The position numbers and the translations under genes were made by a program. Shown here in pieces: positions 22,811 to 31,383 of a DNA stretch of 31,383 bases. The notes beneath the pieces are model-generated. The model worked only from the letters and a program-made list of their open reading frames with translations. It ran no database searches and had not been told where the DNA came from. Numbering within the stretch: the stretch's first letter is position 1; each line of letters begins with the position of its first letter. This DNA comes from Chiloscyllium plagiosum (lineage: Eukaryota). The DNA lies in contig NC_057718.1 in assembly GCF_004010195.1 (NCBI RefSeq), positions 57,489,023-57,520,405 on the forward strand, given 5' to 3'.

Positions 22811-24759
22811 ACTCTGAATTGCTGTGACCCTCCAGTGCCCTTACAGTCTACATCACCCCCTCAAACCTTCTCTGATGCTCCAACCCTCCCCCAATCCACA
22901 CACGTGACCTGATTTCTCCACCTACACCGCACATAGCCAACACCATACTTACCAGAGTGAGCACTCCCCTTAAGTGGAAACATTGACCCAAATCTTTCAA
23001 AGACCTGCAATGACCACCAAATTGTCTCTGCTACCATTTTCCCCCACAGTGTTGGAACTCTACATTTTTGGCCAGGACTTCCAAACCTTACCTCTTTATA
23101 AATGTGGCATAAACCTGAAATCTGAGTCCTTCTTTATGGTGCAGTTTGTTTTTGGGAAGACAAACTATGACCCCTTGTATGGCACTACCTGCCACATTCT
23201 GGCAAGTTAATTTACTAACATGCTGAACTTTAAGTAATCTTTTGGTGTGTTAGTAAAAGAATGTGAGTGAGGTAAATGGGTAAGTGGTTCAGGTGCCAGC
23301 TGGTAGAGCAGTAGAGAGGTAAGGGGTTACAATGACAAAGTGATTGAGCGACAGAGTGGTATAAGGCTTGGTAGGTTAACTAGGTTGGCTGTAGATGGGT
23401 AAGGTGGAGAAATTAGGTCATGTTGAGGCATTGAGGGAAGGTTGGAGCGCCAGAGGAGATTTGAGGGATTTTGGAGATTGAAACATCAGGAAGGGTACTG
23501 GAGGGTCAGGGCAATTCAGCATGAGTCAAAAGGGAATTGGATGGTCAGGGAGGCTTCTGTGGTTGAGGGGTTCAGGAGAGACGGATCAATTCAGGGTCAG
23601 ATGATCAAGGAGTCACTGACATGTATGGTGTCAAATGTTTGAAAGTAGTTGGGAGTCAGTGGGTAGTTAGAGGAACAGGGAGCAAGTCAGGGGTCGGCTG
23701 ACAGGTCAGGGAGGGGAGTTAGGGGTTTTGGTTGTGCACTTCTGTAGAAGTTAGACATTCAGTTCAGGAAGGCAAGTGTTTGAACTCTTTGACTATAATT
23801 TAGAGTTGGAGATTTTTTCAGCAGGTTCTGAAGAACAGGAGAGTTTATGCCAGAAGATCAAACTTCCTGTGCAGGTCCCATGGAGTTAGTGCATTGGGTC
23901 CTCTGGGACAATCCTGACACATATCTTGAGTTTTACACCCATTTGCTGACGATCTGGAAACCAGGAGATCTGGGCTATATTCTTTACATCTACCCTATCA
24001 AAGCTATGAATGATTTTAAAGGCCTCTATTAGGATTACTTTCTAGCATTCTTTTTCATTGAGAAAAGAGCTTCAGGCTGAGCAACCTGACCTAATAGTTG
24101 TAAGCTCTCAGTTCTAGTACCTTCTTTTATGTTTCATGTGATAACTGTGGTTGACTGGCATGCACAATGCATTTGTTGCATCTGCTTTGTTATTTTTAAC
24201 TGGTCCCATGGATAATGTTATATAGTGCTGTTACCCCAGTCTTCTAGATAAGTGCCATACATAGAGAACATTGACAAAATTGATGGAAGTCACAGTACAA
24301 CAAAAGAAATGAGTGAATCCAAAATGAAAACTTGGTAAGCATGAAGGTGGCTCACATATCTATTTGAGATTGAGTTACATGTTAATGTCCATGCTGATTT
24401 GTCTTTAATGATATATGAAAATTGCCCCTTGGGGAAGTTGTACAGTTTAGTTGACTTTCGAGAATCTCAAATACTCAAAACAATAATGCCTGGCTTCACA
24501 TTACCAGCCTATTTGATATGCGATTAGATAATATAATATGAAAATAAATTATAATTAGAACTTGTTTGGATGTGTGTGGCTGAGTTATAAGAAAGAAGAA
24601 TTTGCATGATCCCATTTCTTTGAAAAATCTTGCAGAACTTGCAATAGATATTTACTTTACTATGCAGTGACTATAGCTCTGCTGCATTTGGTATGATTTC
24701 TCAAATTGTCATGATATGAATGATGAGCAGGTTTCAACATTGACAATTGATGAAGAGTG

Positions 24760-25081
24760 GACAAGCACTTGGAATCTTAGCAGGACTCGAGCAATATCAT
24801 GGCGTGGGCTGGTGAAGCCAAGTGTGAGAATCTGGCTGCAGTATGGTATGGGCTGGTGAAGCATTGAACAGACTGTGGTGGCAGTATGGCGTGAGCTAGT
24901 GAAGTCTGGAACAGGACTGTAGCGGCTGAGAAGGAAAAGTAGGACTCTTTTAAAGTTATCTTTCTTTATTTTTTAATTTATTTCAAATTAATGAGAATGT
25001 CACAAATTCATGGCAACAGTATAAGCTCTTCACTGTATTTTGTATTGAATACACTTGACAATAAATGATTCAATTCAATTC
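24760..25081 (+). mobile_element. Non-coding retro-element fragment: three 43-44 bp tandem units followed by a LINE-type 3' tail
   Basis: Units begin ATGG(C/T)(G/A)TG(G/A)GCT(G/A)GTGAAG at 24799, 24843 and 24886. Tail AAGCTCTTCACTGTA...TACACTTGACAATAAA then (ATTCA)n, resembling Rex1/Babar-like ends. Family uncertain. Confidence 0.55.
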
Positions 25082-25679
25082 TTGAGGCCATTTACTCTAC
25101 TTTGATACACTCTGTTTGTTTGTTTTTTGAAACATCTCTGTCTGCTTAAAACTGCTACAGCACTTGAAGGTTGCTTGTCTATAAAATATAAATGAATCTC
25201 ATCCAGCAGTAAAAGTTTGGGTCAACATGCTAATGTTTGGTCATTGATAATGCATAGCGTAAATTAATTCCAATAGAGGTCCCACAAAAGTTGTTGTTCC
25301 TAAAATATGTCACAAAGCAAGTAATATATTTCAAAATTCCAACAAAGCTCTCTGGCAGTCTGTAGAGTTGAGAAATAATGACAAGGTGATAGTGAGTTCT
25401 CCTGTTATTTGGTGGTAGAATGAGCATCACCTCAGTTCCCAAGTATTATTGACTCTGGACATATTTCATCTTTGCTCACTCAATTAAGGCCTGCAAAATG
25501 TTAATGCTGATCCATTTTGGTTTTGGGTGTATGGGTGTGGACACTTTGTCAATTTTGCTTCCATTTTGGTCAGAAGTCTAACATCACCACTAACTATTTG
25601 ACTTGACCTGTTTTGCCGTAATTTCTTAGATCCTTATGTCCTGGTCCCTTGTCTCTCAGTCATAGAGCACCTCCTGTTA

Positions 25680-25895
25680 TCCCACTAAAGCTCACTTGGC
25701 TGGGCAATAAGTTTGTGATGCAAAGTAATACGAACAATATAGCTTCAATTGCTGCGCTGGGTGAGGTCACCATGAAGGACTCGCCTTCTCAATCTACCTC
25801 TTACCTGAGGCATCATGACCCTCAGGTTAAACCACCACCAGTCTTCTCTCTCTAATGAGAGAACAGCCCTATGGTCTGCTGGTTCTGTGACTTTG
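25680..25895 (+). mobile_element. Decayed tRNA-derived SINE of a non-V family
   Basis: Degenerate A box (AGCTCACTTGG) and B box (GCTTCAATTGC), with an internal hairpin CCTGAGG...CCTCAGG followed by TTAAACCACCACCAGTC. Confidence 0.6.
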
Positions 25896-25905
25896 ATGAT
25901 TAACT

Positions 25906-26643
25906 TGTCAGGATTTCAGGAGCCATGTTTTTTAATCCAGTATGAGAGAGAGAGTTCTTGAATGACTATAGAAATTTGTTTACATTGTGATAGTTTTATG
26001 AGTGGACTAAACAAACATTGATGAGTGTTAGTTTGTTTTCAGTATAGAAGGTTCAAGACTTTTATTTTGCAGAGGGTAAAAATCTATTGTTTTTCAGAAA
26101 TTAGTTGTGTGACTAGCTTCTCCTAGAGAAAATAATTACTCAGAAAAGTTAGGAAATATATTACTTCAGTGTAAGGATTTTATTTTGAAGATTCCAGACT
26201 AGAAATGTTTGGTTAGAACCCGAAAGGAGATTTTTGAAGTGGAGAAAGTCTTTAGTTGTATGACTAATCAAGGAAGAAGCTATCAAACCCAAGGCCAGAA
26301 TTGAAAGAAACAGTTAAGTTAAACCTATAGCTGTCATAGAGAAGCGAACTGTCTCTTGTATTTAAGGACTGTAACGTTGGCAAAGATGCGATTGTATTTT
26401 TACACTGTGGTGTTTAAAAATCTATAATAAATTGTGTTGGATGTAAATAGCTTGATTCATTCTATTTTATCATCATTTCGTTGGTGTAATAAACTTCTGT
26501 ATTGTAGTTAAAACCAATTCCTAAGCATTGGGTGTTTGTGTTTCAGAGAAAAAAAACCTTGTTAATTAAAATATGATCTGTTAAGCTGGAATTCAGTCTG
26601 AGATCTGATTTGTTATGTAATAACATCAGCTGGGATCATAATA
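25906..26643 (+). mobile_element. Possible solo LTR
   Basis: Starts TGTCAGGAT and ends GGGATCATAATA (near-inverted ends), with AATAAA about 155 bp before the end. No convincing TSD. Confidence 0.5.
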
Positions 26644-28639
26644 ATACAATACCTAACTTGATTAATACTGTAATTAGTATTGAGCTGAAGACTCTTTTTC
26701 TCAAACAGGTTGGGATAGCTGATTTGCAATGGTATTATTACATACGTGATTACTTAATTAACCATTAGATGGTTCCTCATCATGGTATACTTCCACTAGT
26801 ACTGCAATTAAGAGCTCACATTGTTTGACCAGTAGCAGTTACTGATTGTTAGCGACTCTTAGTTGCTTTTTTCTCTTGCTTCAGAAAAGGCTGCTTATGA
26901 TTATACATGCTGTTAGAGACTATCCAAAGTTTTTCAAATTATGTTTTCAAATTGTAACAGCCCCCTCTTCTACACATATCTCTTTGATTAACATTTACAA
27001 ATAGTTTTTCACTCCTATTTGTTATTGCAATCTCTACACCAACCTGAAATGTATTTGTAACTGTACTAGAAATCGCAGAAAATGTGATATACGCACTACT
27101 ATTTAATTTCAACCTGTCTAAAACTAATCAAAAGTAATTCTGCTACAAATGTTAATAAGTATTTATTTATCTGACATGACAAACAGAGGGACAAAATACT
27201 CAGAAATATACTGAGAATCTGAAATCTAAAGACAGATTCAGTTTTGTTGAAGGGAAATAATGCTATGTTATTGGGAAATTAAAATTATAAGAAGTGATGC
27301 TGAATGAGCTGTATTGATCCAGGCTGGGTACAAATATTGGACTTCAGGATTGACTGTGTTGCCTCAAAAGATCATCAAATGATAACATGCAATTTTAGAG
27401 CTGCTCAATCTAACTCTCTTGAAATGGGGATTACCAAACACTGGGCATTTTTTTGCTATGGAGTCATATCCACCGGGACTGAATTCTAATTGTCAGCAAC
27501 TTTTTCTTGTAACCCTTAACAGCCATCTGGGGAGCTAATCTTCATTAACTGTCCCCTGGCTCAATTTGAACTTGAATCTCCAGAGGTGATACATTTTTGA
27601 TTTAGATCACTTCTTTGCTGGTCTCCATATTGAGCAGATTTGTGCAACATGGAAAATGTAACTCAAAGTCTCTGATGGCTGTATGATTCACATCTAAACA
27701 TCCCAATGGAACTTCCATGTAAATTACTTTCGTGGTGTTAAACAAAGCTGTTCACTGTTCTAATTTCATAAATAAATATTGTAAATCCCTGACACTCCCT
27801 TACTTCCCATCATCTTGAAAAATTTTTGTTTTTTTTTCAGTGTTGACTGTATGATTGATGGGAAATAGGGTCCAAGGCAGTTTGAGGCTAAGAGTGTAAT
27901 TGTTGTTAGGTTGTTCACTGACATTGGGGAGGTGAACTATGTTTCTTAGTGGGAAATAAAATTGGAAGACAGCCATTCTGATTTCAGAGGAAATGAATAC
28001 CACTGCTGTTATTTCTGATGAGTGGCAGGGTGTTGACATTCTTCTGAGTGAAAAATGCAATAACATTTTTAACTCTGCTATGTTAGGCAACTTAGTCTCT
28101 ATTTGTAAGACTATAAGACTCAACTTGGCTCTGTAGTGTTATGGATATCCGGAACTTAAGGAAATATTGGCTATAAAGCTTCTCGCTGCTGTGAACACAA
28201 TGCACCTTTGATTGACAGGGTGCCAGAGTGAGAGGTACCATGTGCACTGGAAGCATTTTAGGTGGATCATGGCACCAGAATAATGTTGATTTGGCACTGA
28301 TTTGCCAATTTGAACTGACAGATCCACACAACAACTGTTATCATTTCTTATGCAGCAGGGGACCGACAAACATCCCTCCTGCCCCCACCCCCTAAGGTGC
28401 AACAGACCAATTTGCTGTTTTTGACTTGTTTTTGTTCTGGTGCAATATTAATGTCCGCACTATTTCTGTCTTATTGGAGGAACTTTGCAAACTGTTTGCA
28501 TTGTCAAGAAGTGGTGCTTGACCTTGATAAGGACACAGAAGTTGGTTGATGTCCCATGAGGAAGTCTGTTTCAGTAATGAAACTATTTGTTGTCTTTCTT
28601 GGGCTGCAGGATAATTTGGGATTGGAACACTGGTGGAGA

Positions 28640-29335
28640 GCAGGAAGGTAGTGAGCAGAAGGAGAAGGAAGAGGAGGGCTCTCAATACCATTAGAGTATA
28701 TTTTAATAGAGCCCTACCCACTGGTGATCAAACTGCTCATCTGGCACCTGCAACTGCACAGTAGAGTGAGGACGGCTTTGTTGGTAACTTTCATGCATTT
28801 CATTAACCTACATTTCTATATCAGATGAGTCCTGTGACATCAACAGCATCTGAAATTTCTATGTCAATGACTGCACAAGGCAGATGACAAAGGCCCTGTG
28901 CAGAAGAGAAGCCTTCATCATCTTCTCACTGACTTGGCAGAAGAAGGAGAAGAGTGCATGAACTTACAAGGTTAGTGGTATTCCTAATCATGCAAGGTGT
29001 TAATCAACTGTACACATATAATTCTGCAAGCTGTACATTTTCATAGGGAGATATTATATGATCATAGCAGCAACCACTCTGTTAATGACCAAGAGATTTC
29101 AATAAATGTCTGTATTTCTGACAGCCATCTTGGGCTTGCCATACCAAATAAGAGCTGTTTGCTCTGGCTAATGCCTGGCTAATCACTGCCTCTGCCACCC
29201 CAATCAAATGGGGATAATGTTCCTGTAATGACGTCAACCAGGAGTGTTGTGGAGCAAATCATTGGCAATGGTTCTACTATTTGCACTATCTGGGGGATCC
29301 ACCAGTGTGTCTCAAGTTCCTGGTGGCCTGCTGAG
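28640..29335 (+). pseudogene. Second decayed PIF/Harbinger transposase
   Basis: RRRKRRAL, HLQLHSRVRTALLV, LHFY, DINSI...CTRQMTKAL...FIIFSL, MQGV-INCTHI (29003-29020)...NHSVNDQ, WLIT, TRSVVEQIIG (29237-29266), WFYYLHYLG, KFLVAC. The central part appears deleted. Confidence 0.82.
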
Positions 29336-29349
29336 TTCTCTGTAGAATT

Positions 29350-30165
29350 GTTACCATGAGGGCATGGCCCGTCCACAACCAAGAATACAGCAGTCTGAGC
29401 TTTTGTTGCAACAAGTTGGGCTTTTATGGCAACAAGCTTCCACTGCTGCACTGGGAGTTGGTTGCCTTGCCAGTGCAGCAGTAGAAAATGAGATATTGGC
29501 AACCAGTTGTTGCATCACAGGTAAATCCGTAAATGCTCCCATGCAGTTGACCATTACTTCTATACAAAAAAAGTTGGGCTCCAAACTCTGTACAGAATTT
29601 TGTGTCAAGTTGAAGCCAAATTCCTCTATGCTTCTTGCCAGTGGTAGGTCTGCCAGTACGCTAAGAATTTTGGCTTGTATGGCCATCAGCATCCTCTTAC
29701 AAGCTAGTTCATTGCAATCATCATCTGTGTTTCCTGTAGAAAAACTTGTCTGTGATCTTATCCTCCATTGACCTGGGCATATCACTTCCCATGGCAGATC
29801 CAGCCCACTTATGTCTGGTGACTCACCACATTTTGATTCTGACTGTATCCTATCTTCTATGATTTGATTTGGAGGTGCCGATGTTGAATAAAGTTAAAAA
29901 TCACCAGGTTATGGTCCAACAGGTTTATTTGGAAACACCTGTTTAAGGAGCAGCTCTTGGAAAGCTAGTGCTTCCAAATAAACCTGTTGGACTATAACCT
30001 GGTGTTGTGTGATTTTTAACTTCTAAGATTTGAACAGCATCAGAGTCTAAGCTGATGACTACAATTCTTAGATCAAGATGTAGGTTACCTTCATTTGAAA
30101 CTCGCAACCTTTCTCATATGGCTGCACTGCCTGTTCATGTGGCAGTCCTTGGGAACCTGAAAGTA
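29350..30165 (-). pseudogene. Decayed convergent partner ORF, probably the Harbinger accessory gene
   Basis: 144-codon open stretch (29785-29351) similar to the 10890-13300 remnant and tail-to-tail with the transposase fossil. No Myb/SANT domain seen directly. Confidence 0.5.
29868..30019. mobile_element. Palindromic mini-PLE (two inverted termini around one decayed HHR) with 14-bp TSD
   Basis: Both arms match 13127-13248. TSD CTTCTATGATTTGA (29854-29867) / CTTCTAAGATTTGA (30020-30033). The HHR at 29936-29970 has a mutated core, CTGTTTA. Confidence 0.88.
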
Positions 30166-30169
30166 GCTC

Positions 30170-31383
30170 CTGCTCCTCACAGAACGCGTTAGGGAAGTGG
30201 AGCTGGAGTTGGATGAACTGAGGATTATTCGAGAGGCTGAGAGGGTGATAGATAGAAGCTACAGGGACATAGTTACGCCAGAGAACAGAGATAGCTGGGT
30301 AACTGTTAGAGGTGGGAAGGGGAGGAAGCAGGCAGTGCAGGGATCCCCTGTGGTCATTCCCCTCAACAATAAGTATACCGCTTTGGATACTGTTGGGGGG
30401 GACAGCCTATAAGGGGTAAGCTGCAGTGACCGGGTCTCTGGCATGAGGTCCGGCTCAGAAGGGAAAGGGGGAGAGGAGGAGAGCGCTAGTTATAGGAGAC
30501 TCTATAGTTAGAGGGACGGACAGGCGGTTCTGTGGACATGGGCGAGACTCTCGGATGGTTTGTTGCCTCCTGGGTGCCAGGGTCCGAGACGTCTCGGACC
30601 ATGTCTTCAGAATCCTTAAGAGGGAGGGTGTGCAGCCAGAAGCCGTGGTGCACGTTGGCACCAACGATATAGGTAGGAAGAGGGGTGGGGAGGTCATTCA
30701 GGAGCTCAGGGAGTTAGGCTGGAAGCTAAAAGCTAGGATGGACAGAGTCATCATCTCTGGGTTGTTGCCGGTGCCACGTGACAGTGAGGCAAGGAATAGG
30801 GAGAGAGTGCAGTTGAACACGTGGCTGCAAGGATGGCTTCGGAGAGAGGGCTTCAGGTATTTGGACAATTCTGGGGTAGGTGGGACCTCTACAAACAAGT
30901 AGGTCTTTAGCTGAACCAGAGGGGTACCAAAATCCTGGGGGGATATTTGCTAATGCTCTTTGTCGGGGGGGTTTAAACTAATGCAGCAGGGGAATGTAGT
31001 TCCAGTGTACGGGAGGTTGAAGGTAGTGAGGTCAGAGATAGGTTTACAAGGTCGCGAGATGGCACCTGCAATCAGGATATTGGATTGAAATGTGTGTACT
31101 TCAATGCCAGGAGCATCTGGAATAAGATGGGTGAACTTGCAGCATGGGTTGGTACCTGGAATTTCGATGTTGTGGCCATTTCAGAGACATGACTCAAGGA
31201 GGGACAGGAATGGTTGTAGCAGATTTCAGGAATTAGATGTTTCAGTAAGAGTAGAGATGATGGTAAAAGAGGTGGGGGGGAGCGGGGTGTGGCATTGTTA
31301 ATCAAGGGTAGTATTAGAGCAGCTGAGATAACATTTGAGGACTTATCCGCTGAGGTAGTTTGGGCTGAGGTTAGTAACAGAAA
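30170..31383 (+). mobile_element. CR1 LINE 5' region: ORF1 (coiled coil plus SGNH esterase) and start of ORF2 AP-endonuclease; runs off the window
   Basis: ELELDELRIIREAE, IPLNNKYTAL, LVIGDSIVRG, VVHVGTND, WLRREGFRYLD; then CVYFNARSI...FDVVAISET*L. Contains stops and frameshifts. Confidence 0.92.

Noticed and set aside
22820..23960. C-rich then G-rich degenerate tracts (GGGTCAGG-like) suggesting an old repeat
   Set aside because: No definable termini, period or coding motif could be supported by eye.
24799..24926. Three spaced repeats resembling a CRISPR array
   Set aside because: Vertebrate context, no cas genes, and the spacers resemble each other, so this is a minisatellite.
25906..26643. 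Same apparent length (738 bp) as the LTR at 2451-3188, suggesting an LTR pair
   Set aside because: No visible sequence similarity, opposite orientation, and the first LTR has its own TSD.
28014..28056. CTGATGA followed by a weak hairpin, as another hammerhead
   Set aside because: GAAA does not follow the stem and there is no PLE context. The CTGATGA at about 4361 fails for the same reasons.
28392..28721. 109-aa minus-strand ORF resembling a signal-peptide protein
   Set aside because: The hydrophobic stretch is the antisense of the purine-rich Arg run at the start of the Harbinger transposase fossil.

Overview
This is non-genic, repeat-saturated vertebrate DNA. The HE1/V-SINE, CR1 and Penelope content points to a cartilaginous fish (shark); that assignment is an inference. 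I found no host protein-coding gene I can support, and almost all ORFs in the track are transposon fragments or chance frames. The window is a stack of nested insertions: about ten CR1-clade LINE fragments, V-SINEs, one clear and one possible solo LTR, a pogo/Tigger-type MITE, a young Tx1/L1-clade 3' insertion with a 14-bp TSD, and two heavily decayed PIF/Harbinger transposase fossils with remnants of a probable partner ORF. It also holds six Penelope-like (PLE) insertions from two or more families. The most interesting signal is six minimal hammerhead-ribozyme (HHR) motifs in PLE termini, one of them intact (13127-13161). Three TSD-flanked mini-insertions of 100-150 bp have boundaries at HHR helix I. 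In one (29868-30019) the inversion junction falls exactly on the predicted self-cleavage site. All calls were made by eye, without database searches; boundaries are approximate unless a TSD is given.
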